Shown: positions 1 through 8,259, numbered from the stretch's first letter. The stretch is 15,770 nt of DNA from Acaryochloridaceae cyanobacterium VAR_48_metabat_390 (GCA_031422435.1 JANPLU010000054.1:1-15770), one strand, 5' to 3'. Translations and numbers: made by a program. The notes: generated by a model not told the origin, from the sequence alone.

Positions 1-63
1 ACCTCGTTGCTTTAAGGCTAGATTGTATTCACTCCAGTTGCGGACGCGGTATTGCTGTTTCAC
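1..63 (-). CDS. IS5-family (IS903 group) transposase, N-terminal 21 codons (partial, runs off the window)
   Basis: Manual translation from GTG at 63 gives MKQQYRVRNWSEYNLALKQRG. The Y-R-x-R-N-W-x-x-Y-N-x-x-L-x-x-R-G motif is the typical N-terminus of IS903-group transposases. Not in the ORF track because it is truncated. Confidence 0.9.
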   Translation of the reverse strand, partial: MKQQYRVRNWSEYNLALKQRG

Positions 64-121
64 CCTGCTGGCGCTGACTTTAGTTATTGAGATTTATATT
101 CTCATTACACATTGGTGACTC

Positions 122-2029
122 CTATTTATGCAACAACGCCGAATAAAACAATATTTGTCCTCGATATTCTGCTCTAGTGACTCCTTCTTTCCAGCTTTCA
201 GGTATGGTGTTACGCCATAAAGGTTTGTGAGACCCCATAGATGTTTGATGCTGATTAGGTAGCAGTTTAATAATTAGTTTCCATGCAACTTCTGGAAACT
301 CCTTGGATAGTGTTTGAACAGCAACCCTACGTTTCTTGACTGGGGCAATTGTTTGAGGATTCCAGGGCAACAAGATCGTTAGGAGAGAATTACCAGGTCG
401 GTTTGCCCATGAGCCTCCCGGATCATGACTAGAAAGTTCGCCAAGTACAACGCAAACACGGACAAGGTATTCTTTATCCCAGGCAAGACTCTCCAGTGCC
501 CAAAGCAATCCGGTCAGATAATTGCCTCCGGTGATGCCATTCCCTTCCTGGGAGAAAAGTTCATCAAAAGGGCATGGGGATAAACGCAAGGCATTTTCTA
601 CAGCATCCAGAAACTCATCTGGTGCAGCCTCCGCTAATACGGGAAGCAAGCTTTTCAAGCTACCCCACAATACCCAGTCTGAGTCTGTGAATATCTCCCG
701 AATCGCAAGAACACCAGTAGACTCAGCCTTGCCCTGTGAGCAGTGAATTAAAGCGCTGGGTCTGTTCCCGATAATAGCTAACCCCTCTGCAAGACCTATG
801 CGTAGCGCTGTTGAGTGAGTAAGCACTTTTCCATAAATGTTTGCTGCAAATCGTTTTTCGGTAGGCAGGTCAAAAGAAGGGTCGCGTTCAGTCAAAACAG
901 CCACAACAAGTTCTCTAAAAGCATCAAGATGCTGATCAAATACATACAGACCGAGTGCATCCCATAAATTACCGCGTTCTGTAATCTTCCAAACTCCGTT
1001 GATGAGCGAAAATAGGCTATTAGGAAGATTAAGAATCTCCCTAGCTTTTAAAATCCAAGTTGAATAACTTTGAACCGTTAGCTTCTCTAGAATCAAAGTA
1101 TCCGCTTCTTTCTTTTCGTTCCATGCGCCAATCAAATTTGCCAATGCAAGATCAGTGGCATATTGATGTTGACTCCAGTCCGTTTTGACTGATTCAGCCT
1201 GACTTATAATTAATTCTTTTGGAATATGGGTAACGATTGGCTGCTTGAATGCCTCCTTTAGATCTTGGGGTAGCTTTTCTAGAATGATTGTTCCTGCATC
1301 TTGATTCCAGGTTTGGACAATATCAACAACCCGTGACCAGACCCACTGCGGAGTTTGTTGGTTAAATTGTGAAATATGAGAGTGCAGGAGCGACAAAACA
1401 ACGCCAATCTCTTTTCCCAGATCATACCCAAGTAGATGAAAATGATTAAGGAATGAGTAAAGTTCATCCTTTGAAACATCCGAGTTATTGTTAGCTAATT
1501 TTAAGTGATGTTTGATAACACTCAATTTTTCACTGCTTTTGGCGGGTCTGAACTTTGCCTTTTCAACATTTCTATAAAATTCATCTGAATTTTTGGTATG
1601 TCTGGCCTGGTTTAAAAACCACTGTACATTATGAGAATCCGTTGCGCTTAATGGGCCAGTAATAAGCGCGATAATGTCTTTGTCTTTTGAAAAAACACGC
1701 GGGTTATTGAAATCATTCCATGCCGCCTGAATAACCTCTGAGAAAATAGGATTAGCTTGGGTGATGCTAATTGAGTGCTTTACTTGACCAAGCAGTTTTT
1801 GTCTTTCCCTAGTACCGATATTTTCAACAAAAATAATCAAGTCGTCGGTATCAAATTCATCAATTTTTCCTTGTAGTTTTATCTCTGTGATAGGCCAACA
1901 TGGAAGACATGGTGCATATCCTCCTGTAAGCATTAAAGCAACAAACGAAGCCTGAACATGAGCCTCAAAGTGTCCGCCACCGCCGCCAGTGGAAAAAGGG
2001 TTGCTTAGTTGTTTGGAGTTCTTGCTCAC
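122..2029 (-). pseudogene. Large hypothetical protein with putative N-terminal PD-(D/E)xK (Cap4-like, D-D...QxK) nuclease domain, truncated by the IS at 140/141
   Basis: 635-aa ORF with GTG start. N-terminal motifs STGGGGGHFE...DTDDLIIF...GQVKH are followed by a long, apparently helical region. The last residues (ALLHK) and the TAG stop come from the IS inverted repeat, so the native gene continued further. Visibly AT-richer than the neighbouring core genes. Confidence 0.75.
123..140 (-). repeat. Left terminal inverted repeat (~18 bp) of the IS903-like element
   Basis: GGCGTTGTTGCATAAATA versus IS903 IR GGCTTTGTTGAATAAATC (15/18). The partner IR lies outside the window. Confidence 0.85.
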
Positions 2030-2100
2030 TTTGAGGCTCTCACTATGAATCCCAATTATTATTCACCTTCATTGGCTCTAATTTGCAGATCTACCCGTTT

Positions 2101-2128
2101 TCGCTACAGCCATCAAAAGCGCTCGCCC
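2101..2128 (+). repeat. Direct repeat copy 1 flanking rpn (contains degenerate HIP1 GCGCTCGC)
   Basis: TCGCTACAGCCATCAAAAGCGCTCGCCC; 24/28 identical to 3095-3122. Confidence 0.7.
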
Positions 2129-2237
2129 CATCAAAGCAGTGCAATCGCTAAACCTCAGCAATCTTGCAGAGAATGCGATCGCCTCTCATGTCCTGACGCA
2201 CAACTAGGTATCGCCCCGCACCAGAGTCCATAGGCTC

Positions 2238-2246
2238 TGATACAAT
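2238..2246 (+). promoter_or_regulatory. Extended -10 promoter element (TGnTACAAT) for rpn, probably leaderless
   Basis: TGATACAAT ends 6 nt before the ATG at 2253, and there is no Shine-Dalgarno sequence upstream. Confidence 0.55.
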
Positions 2247-2252
2247 TTCTGC

Positions 2253-3071
2253 ATGTTTGACAACACCTGTAAGTTCCTAGCAGAAAGCTTTTCCGAAGAT
2301 TTTGCTTCCTGGTTGCTGGGTGAACCCATCACCATGACCCAGCTCAGCCCTTCAGAACTCTCCCTTGAACCCATTCGAGCGGATGCCCTCATTTTATTGA
2401 ATTCTGACAACTTTATCCTGCATATAGAGTTCCAAACCGAACCAGACCCAACCATGCCATTTCGCATGGCAGATTACCGATTAAGAATGTTTCGCCGCTT
2501 TCCAGATAAACAGATGCGTCAAGTCGTTATTTACCTGACCCGTTCAAACTCCGAACTCGTTTATCAAAATTCATTTGAGATACCTGGCACCCGTCACGAA
2601 TTTGAAGTCATTCGCCTTTGGGAGCAACCCACTCAACCCTTCCTAGACTCGACAGGCTTGTTGCCTCTAGCCGTACTAACTCAATCCCCTGATACAGCCC
2701 AAACTTTGCGACAAGTGGCATCCCGAGTCGAAGCAATTCCAGAGCTGAGAGTGCAGAGTCACGTAGCAGCCTCCGCTGGGATTCTAGCAGGGCTATTATT
2801 AGGAAAGGACTTTATCAATCAGGTTCTACGGAGAGACATCATGCAGCAATCAGTAATTTATCAAGACATCCTCCAAGAAGGTGAAGCAAAAGGTGAAAAA
2901 TCGCTCATCCTGCGCCAGCTTACACGCCGCATTGGTGAACTGTCCCCAGAACTGCGATCGCAAATTCAGTCCTTATCTCTCATTCAGCTTGAAACACTTG
3001 GCGAAGCACTCTTAGACTTTACAGAACCCGCTAACTTAATCAACTGGTTGCAATTTCTAAGCGATCAATAA
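2253..3071 (+). CDS. Rpn-family recombination-promoting nuclease/putative transposase (PD-(D/E)xK) with C-terminal DUF4351 domain
   Basis: MFDNTCKFLAE start, IRADALI...LHIEFQT nuclease motif, RMADYRLR, and C-terminal LILRQLTRRIG...LETLGEALLDF (DUF4351-type), typical of the multicopy cyanobacterial family. Confidence 0.9.
   Translation: MFDNTCKFLAESFSEDFASWLLGEPITMTQLSPSELSLEPIRADALILLNSDNFILHIEFQTEPDPTMPFRMADYRLRMFRRFPDKQMRQVVIYLTRSNSELVYQNSFEIPGTRHEFEVIRLWEQPTQPFLDSTGLLPLAVLTQSPDTAQTLRQVASRVEAIPELRVQSHVAASAGILAGLLLGKDFINQVLRRDIMQQSVIYQDILQEGEAKGEKSLILRQLTRRIGELSPELRSQIQSLSLIQLETLGEALLDFTEPANLINWLQFLSDQ
2841..3071 (+). CDS. Predicted in-frame internally initiated small Rpn C-terminal protein (76 aa, candidate antitoxin)
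   Basis: GGAGAG at 2830-2835 precedes an in-frame ATG at 2841 (codon 197). The product MQQSVIYQ...FLSDQ is essentially the DUF4351 region. Confidence 0.5.
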   Translation: MQQSVIYQDILQEGEAKGEKSLILRQLTRRIGELSPELRSQIQSLSLIQLETLGEALLDFTEPANLINWLQFLSDQ

Positions 3072-3094
3072 CCAGTCCTGAGATCGTCTCACCA

Positions 3095-3122
3095 TCGCTA
3101 CAGCCAACCAAGGCGATCGCCC
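3095..3122 (+). repeat. Direct repeat copy 2 flanking rpn (contains perfect HIP1 at 3113-3120)
   Basis: TCGCTACAGCCAACCAAGGCGATCGCCC; 24/28 identical to 2101-2128. Confidence 0.7.
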
Positions 3123-3486
3123 TGTTGTCAGGTGCTTGAGCTAAGGATGCGATCGCTCATTCTGAGCACTGCGATCACTCCTCATGCTTTGAAGCAAAAC
3201 CAGGCGATCATTTTAGCTTTACCAGAGTATCAAGCCGCGAGGTGCGCACATCCTGCCCCGTTAAATTTGCCAGATGGCTCTTACCAACTAGCGCATCAGC
3301 ATCCAGCGTGCTATGAACCGAAGCGATCGCCCTCTCCGTAAATGGCATCCTCGTCACCCAAAACCAGCGCGACTTTGCCAAAGTCTCCAATCTAGTCCTT
3401 GAGGATTGGTCAACAATCGTCTCTGGCTAAGATTGGCGGCAAAACTATCGTCCAGCCTTCATTCCCGCTAACGTTAACGCGATCGC
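3113..3486. repeat. Cluster of HIP1 palindromes (GCGATCGC) and near-HIP1 sites
   Basis: Perfect sites at 3113, 3149, 3323 and 3479; near matches at 3171 (GCGATCAC) and 3204 (GCGATCAT). Other perfect sites in the window include 2175, 2954, 4709, 4775, 5195, 7170, 7536, 9586, 10089, 11356, 11452, 12646, 13219, 13983, 14426 and 14906. Confidence 0.9.
3323..3430 (+). pseudogene. vapC: 3' remnant of a VapC/PIN-domain toxin gene
   Basis: Manual translation AIALSVNGILVTQNQRDFAKVSNLVLEDWSTIVSG* matches the PIN C-terminal signature (AIAL...LVT-x-N-x-x-DF...L-x-x-EDW). There is an in-frame TGA at 3314-3316 and no start codon. Confidence 0.85.
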
Positions 3487-3628
3487 TCTTATCGGGCGTC
3501 AATTCTCGTTGTGATCTGATCGTAATCATTCAGGTCATTGACAGACTGCTGCATTCCATCGAATTTTCCTGCAAAAAGTAGGGCGCTATCGGTAAAATTA
3601 GCAAAGGTTCGCTTTGTGGGAAATTACC

Positions 3629-4906
3629 GTGACAATGACACCCCTCTCTCTTTCTGAAACATCCAGTAGCGCTGCTGCCGCTGCTACCCCAACCCTTCAG
3701 CTCCCAGATGCCTTGGGGCGATTTGGTATATTTGGCGGCAAATATGTGCCAGAAACCCTCATGCCTGCCCTCAGCGAACTCGAAGCTGCCTATTACGAGT
3801 GCCGTAAAGACCCCACATTTCAAGCTGAACTCAACCATCTTCTTCGAGACTACGTCGGTCGCCCCAGCCCTCTTTACTTCGCTGAGCGCCTGACCCAACA
3901 CTACGCCCGTCCTGACGGCACAGGGCCACAGATTTATCTTAAGCGTGAAGACCTCAACCATACCGGTGCCCACAAAATCAATAACGCCTTGGCACAGGCA
4001 CTTCTTGCTAAACGCATGGGCAAACAGCGCGTCATTGCCGAAACCGGAGCCGGACAGCACGGGGTCGCAACAGCAACCGTTTGTGCTCGTTTTGGCTTGC
4101 AGTGCATCATTTATATGGGTGTTCATGACATGGCGCGTCAAGCTCTCAACGTCTTTCGCATGAAGCTGATGGGTGCTGAAGTTCGCCCTGTCGAGGCAGG
4201 GACAGGCACCCTCAAAGACGCCACTTCAGAGGCCATCCGCGACTGGGTCACAAATGTTGAAACCACCCACTACATTTTGGGTTCTGTAGCAGGGCCACAC
4301 CCCTATCCCATGATGGTGAGAGACTTCCACGCCATTATTGGCGAAGAGACGCGGCGGCAGTGCCAAGAAAAATGGAATGGCTTGCCCGACATTTTGCTGG
4401 CCTGTGTGGGCGGCGGTTCTAATGCAATGGGATTATTCCATGAGTTTGTCAAAGAGCCGACCGTGCGTCTGATTGGGGTTGAAGCCGCTGGAGACGGCGT
4501 CGAAACCGGACGCCATGCCGCAACGCTGACCCACGGTCAGGTAGGCGTACTCCACGGTGCCATGAGCTACCTCTTGCAGGATGATGATGGTCAAGTCCAA
4601 GAAGCGCACTCGATTAGCGCCGGGCTAGACTACCCAGGTGTTGGCCCAGAACACAGCTATTTCAAAGACTCAGGCCGCGCGGAATACTACAGCGTGACCG
4701 ATGCCGAGGCGATCGCCGCCCTTCAGCGTCTTTCTCAACTCGAGGGCATCATTCCGGCACTGGAAACCAGCCATGCGATCGCCCATCTTGAAACCCTGTG
4801 CCCCCAGCTTGATGGCAGCTCTCGGATTGTCCTCAACTGCTCTGGACGGGGCGACAAAGACGTCCAGACCGTCGCTACTTACCTAGAACAACATCCATCC
4901 AACTAA
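3629..4906 (+). CDS. trpB: Tryptophan synthase beta subunit
   Basis: [32 protein letters not shown] (PLP lysine), [41 protein letters not shown]. The start is most likely GTG 3629 or ATG 3635 rather than TTG 3614. Confidence 0.98.
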   Translation: MTMTPLSLSETSSSAAAAATPTLQLPDALGRFGIFGGKYVPETLMPALSELEAAYYECRKDPTFQAELNHLLRDYVGRPSPLYFAERLTQHYARPDGTGPQIYLKREDLNHTGAHKINNALAQALLAKRMGKQRVIAETGAGQHGVATATVCARFGLQCIIYMGVHDMARQALNVFRMKLMGAEVRPVEAGTGTLKDATSEAIRDWVTNVETTHYILGSVAGPHPYPMMVRDFHAIIGEETRRQCQEKWNGLPDILLACVGGGSNAMGLFHEFVKEPTVRLIGVEAAGDGVETGRHAATLTHGQVGVLHGAMSYLLQDDDGQVQEAHSISAGLDYPGVGPEHSYFKDSGRAEYYSVTDAEAIAALQRLSQLEGIIPALETSHAIAHLETLCPQLDGSSRIVLNCSGRGDKDVQTVATYLEQHPSN

Positions 4907-4938
4907 TTCCATCTGACTCAAATAGACATCTTGATGTC

Positions 4939-4970
4939 AGGGTTCAGACACAAATCGTTTGAACCCTTTT
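4939..4970 (+). terminator. Intrinsic terminator after trpB
   Basis: AGGGTTCAGAC-acaaatc-GTTTGAACCCT forms an 11-bp stem (one G-U) followed by TTT. Confidence 0.65.
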
Positions 4971-5170
4971 GCTAGAGCCATCGTAGGCAATCAGGATTAT
5001 AAAAAGTTCTACAGATAGCAAATTTAGCCCTCAAGCAATGTTATTCTACGGTGAAAGACTAATTGCTTCACCAGTAAGTAAGTATTTTGGTCATCTGGCT
5101 TCTGTGATCAACAGCCTGATGATTGAGCGTTAAGGGGGGTTCAAAACAATTAAACCATTGAGCCTCAACA

Positions 5171-5371
5171 ATGCGTTATTTTGCAAAAAGTACGGCGATC
5201 GCCCTCGCGCTTCTCGTGGGCATTGAACTCGGTAATACCTACAGTGTGCAATTAGCCAATAATCTCCCCAGTCAGGAAGTATTTGACCAATACTTTGGAG
5301 TCTTGAGTCCTTTAGCAATGCGCTTTTACCTGTATCAATATCAGCACGTCAAGGTAGACTCAATTTCGTAG
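5171..5371 (+). CDS. Small hypothetical protein (66 aa), possible signal peptide or membrane anchor
   Basis: ATG start, basic N-terminus then hydrophobic TAIALALLVGI; fills an intergenic gap. No RBS or family recognised. Confidence 0.4.
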   Translation: MRYFAKSTAIALALLVGIELGNTYSVQLANNLPSQEVFDQYFGVLSPLAMRFYLYQYQHVKVDSIS

Positions 5372-5486
5372 TGTGTCTCGAAATTGATCCCCATAAAATC
5401 GGTGTTTTCGCGGTGTTGATTCAGGCCAATCTCACAGAAGATAGAGATAGGCTTAAAATTCAACATTTAGACAGGAGTTAAAAACA

Positions 5487-5696
5487 GTGGGAAACCATCT
5501 GATTTCAGAAATTCTCGCAACGGTCTCTCACAATCTTTGTGTGGGCGCGACACTCCTTGAATGTGTAGAGTCTGAGTCTCAGCAGCTCCCAAGCGACGTT
5601 CGCAGAAAACTAGCCCTCGTGCATGTGGGTTTAGCGATGGCCTTAGACGCACTCCAAAGCACCGAACTCCAGACCTGTGCAGACTGCGAAGATTAA
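5487..5696 (+). CDS. Small hypothetical protein (69 aa), helical and Cys-containing
   Basis: Strong RBS AGGAG (5473-5477) 9 nt before GTG, amphipathic composition, and a stop 13 nt from the convergent prs stop. Confidence 0.7.
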   Translation: MGNHLISEILATVSHNLCVGATLLECVESESQQLPSDVRRKLALVHVGLAMALDALQSTELQTCADCED

Positions 5697-5709
5697 GCAG
5701 GCTGGCTAT

Positions 5710-6720
5710 CTATCGAAACATAATGCTGACGGAGCTGTCGTCATGAACCCGCCAGATGGTTTCACCTAAAATGTCAGCCACCGACAACACCGTTAACTGC
5801 GGAAACCGTTTGTCTATAGGCACTGGAATTGTATTGGTTACAATCACTTCTTCAAACACGCCGCTAGAAAGACGCTCTACAGCAGGCGGAGAGAATACGG
5901 CATGGGTTGCGCAGGCATAAACCTTCGTAGCACCCTGCTTGCGCAGCAGTCGCGCTGCCTCCGAAATAGTGCCCGCCGTATCAATCATGTCATCGACGAG
6001 CACAGCGGTCTTACCCGCAACGTCGCCCACCACGTTCATCACTTCAGCCACGTTATGAGCCTGACGGCGCTTATCAATAATGGCGAGGGGCGCTTCATTG
6101 AGCTTTTTCGCAAAGGCTCTGGCTCTCGCAACGCCCCCAACATCTGGTGAAACAACGACCAAATCTGGCAGATTTTTTTGTTTGAGATATTTCAGAATGC
6201 TTGGCGAACCATAAACGTGATCGACCGGAATATCAAAATAGCCCTGGATTTGTGCCGAGTGCAAATCCATCGCCAGAATGCGGCTGGCTCCGGCTTGGGT
6301 AATGAGGTTGGCTGCTAGCTTTGCCGTAATCGACTCACGACCCGCTGTTTTGCGATCTGCTCGCGCATAGCCGTAGTAAGGAATAACCGCCGTAATCTGC
6401 CGAGCTGAAGCGCGCCGACAGGCATCAATCATAATCAGCAGCTCCATCAGATGGTCGTTGACTGGCTGACAGGTCGGCTGAATCAGATAAACATCACAGC
6501 CCCGAATCGATTCTTGAATTTGGATGTAAAGCTCGCCATCGGCAAAGCTTTTGCGAACCATCGGGCCAAGGTCTACCCCTAGGTATCGAGAAACCTCTTC
6601 AGAAAGCTCCAGATTGGCAGACCCTGAGAAAATCTTGAGTCGGTTATTGTCTGAAAAAACAGGCAGAGAAGACGGTATGGGCAACGTCGCAGAACGGATC
6701 ACGGCAGATTCCCGATGCAC
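5710..6720 (-). CDS. prs: Ribose-phosphate pyrophosphokinase (PRPP synthetase)
   Basis: FADGELYIQIQESIRG, VIPYYGYARADRK, MDLHSAQIQGYFD, VSPDVGGVARAR, LVDDMIDTAGT. Alternative start GTG at 6702. Confidence 0.98.
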   Translation of the reverse strand: MHRESAVIRSATLPIPSSLPVFSDNNRLKIFSGSANLELSEEVSRYLGVDLGPMVRKSFADGELYIQIQESIRGCDVYLIQPTCQPVNDHLMELLIMIDACRRASARQITAVIPYYGYARADRKTAGRESITAKLAANLITQAGASRILAMDLHSAQIQGYFDIPVDHVYGSPSILKYLKQKNLPDLVVVSPDVGGVARARAFAKKLNEAPLAIIDKRRQAHNVAEVMNVVGDVAGKTAVLVDDMIDTAGTISEAARLLRKQGATKVYACATHAVFSPPAVERLSSGVFEEVIVTNTIPVPIDKRFPQLTVLSVADILGETIWRVHDDSSVSIMFR

Positions 6721-6730
6721 TTTCCCCGCA

Positions 6731-6739
6731 ATCTTAGCA
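6731..6739 (-). promoter_or_regulatory. Putative extended -10 element (TGCTAAGAT) for prs
   Basis: The minus strand reads TG-C-TAAGAT just upstream of the prs ORF. If used, it favours the GTG at 6702 as start. Confidence 0.4.
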
Positions 6740-6784
6740 TTCTCAATCTAGGGTTGAACGATTTTTCTGAGATTTTTCAGGCCA

Positions 6785-8101
6785 CTAGGGCTTTTGACCC
6801 CCAGGACGGCGGCGCTGCAAAAATTCTGGAATATCTAGCACTCCGGCACCTCCAGGAGGAGAAGGCGGGGCTTTAGGAGATTTTGCGGCGTCAGGCGTGG
6901 GCTGCGCGGCTGTGCGGCTAGGGGTGGGAATTGTCACCGAAGGCTGACCCGAAAATCCTGTAGCAATCACGGTAATTTGAATTTCGCCCTGACGTTTTTC
7001 GTCAATGACAGCGCCAAAAATGATATTGGCGTTGGGGTCAACCACTTCGTAAATGGTATCGGCGGCTGTACTGACCTCATGGAGCGTGAGGTCACTGCCC
7101 CCAGTAATGTTGAAAACGACGCCCTTTGCCCCTCGGATGGAGGACTCTAACAGAGGAGAGTCAATGGCGGCGATCGCCGCTTCTTTGGCTCGAGACTTGC
7201 CCGACGCAATGCCAACGCCCATAAGCGCCGAGCCAGCGTCTGCCATCACCGCGCGCACATCGGCGAAATCGACGTTGACTAGACCTGGAATGTTAATAAT
7301 GTCTGAAATCCCCTGAACACCCTGCCGCAGAATATCGTCCGCCACACGAAACGCCTCTTGGACAGGCGTTTGTTCGGGAATAACCGACAAGATTTTATCG
7401 TTGGGGATCACAATGAGGGTATCGACACAGCTTTGAAGTGCCGCCATGCCCTCTTCTGCCTGATGGCTACGACGACGACCCTCAAAGGTAAACGGTCGCG
7501 TAATAACGCCCACGGTAAGGGCACCCATCTCTTTTGCGATCGCCGCCACGATAGGTGCCGCACCTGTCCCCGTGCCGCCACCCATCCCGCAGGTAATAAA
7601 AACTAAATCTGCACCCGCTAACGCTGCCGCAATCTCATCTCGAGATTCTTCTGCTGCCTTTTGCCCAATGGCAGGATTCCCACCTGCGCCTAACCCGCGC
7701 GTTAGTTTTTGCCCAACCTGAAGCTGCTTCGTGGCTTCTGACTGATTGAGGGCTTGAGAATCTGTGTTAATAGACCAAAATTCAACGCCTGCTACTTTAC
7801 TGGCGATCATCCGGTTTACAGCGTTACCGCCGCCGCCACCCACGCCAATCACCTTAATGTTGGCGGCTCCTTGGGCTACAATTTCTTCAAGCTTTTTTTC
7901 TCGCGCAGGCACGCCGCCAACATAGCGATCTGGCGTAGCACGGTTTTCAAAATTACCGCCGCTGCTGCTTCCTCCGCTACTTTCTGCGCGATTAGGGCTT
8001 GGCGAACTACCGGGTAGACCCGGAAAATTCTCCGCAGCAGAACTACGAGGACCAAAAAGGTTCTCAAGGTGATTTAAGGAATTCTGATCTTCTGGCGTCA
8101 T
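6785..8101 (-). CDS. ftsZ: Cell division protein FtsZ
   Basis: [26 protein letters not shown] tubulin signature, NVDFADVR, C-terminal [10 protein letters not shown], and a cyanobacterial-type N-terminal extension. Confidence 0.99.
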   Translation of the reverse strand: MTPEDQNSLNHLENLFGPRSSAAENFPGLPGSSPSPNRAESSGGSSSGGNFENRATPDRYVGGVPAREKKLEEIVAQGAANIKVIGVGGGGGNAVNRMIASKVAGVEFWSINTDSQALNQSEATKQLQVGQKLTRGLGAGGNPAIGQKAAEESRDEIAAALAGADLVFITCGMGGGTGTGAAPIVAAIAKEMGALTVGVITRPFTFEGRRRSHQAEEGMAALQSCVDTLIVIPNDKILSVIPEQTPVQEAFRVADDILRQGVQGISDIINIPGLVNVDFADVRAVMADAGSALMGVGIASGKSRAKEAAIAAIDSPLLESSIRGAKGVVFNITGGSDLTLHEVSTAADTIYEVVDPNANIIFGAVIDEKRQGEIQITVIATGFSGQPSVTIPTPSRTAAQPTPDAAKSPKAPPSPPGGAGVLDIPEFLQRRRPGGQKP

Positions 8102-8259
8102 TGGGTAGCGTACAAACTCTAAACCGGGAGGATTCGGTAACTCAACTATAGGGTAAGTCTATCGGAAAACCAATCAAATAGAGCATCAACTGCCCATAAA
8201 AGATATGCTGCCGATCCTAGAAGGCTACCGTATTGCTGGATACATCACTTTGTCAAATA

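Larger units (their letters stand above)
1..140 (-). mobile_element. Left end of an IS5-family (IS903 group) insertion sequence, continuing beyond the window start
   Basis: The minus strand from 140 reads GGCGTTGTTGCATAAATA, closely resembling the IS903 terminal inverted repeat GGCTTTGTTGAATAAATC. It is followed ~60 nt later by an ORF with the IS903-type transposase N-terminus. Confidence 0.9.

Noticed and set aside
2087..3330. Possible CRISPR array suggested by semi-regularly spaced repeats
   Set aside because: The repeated unit is only the 8-bp HIP1 with irregular spacing; there is no 25-40 bp conserved repeat and no cas gene.
3132..3581. Short ORFs 3132-3341(+), 3208-3390(-) and 3399-3581(+)
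   Set aside because: They span HIP1-bounded fragments and overlap the vapC remnant. A faint HTH-like look of 3208-3390 is not convincing.
3530..4141. 203-aa minus-strand ORF
   Set aside because: Antisense shadow of the highly conserved trpB with no recognisable motifs.
7860..8101. Long Ser/Gly/Pro-rich N-terminal extension of FtsZ
   Set aside because: Variable N-terminal extensions are typical of cyanobacterial FtsZ.
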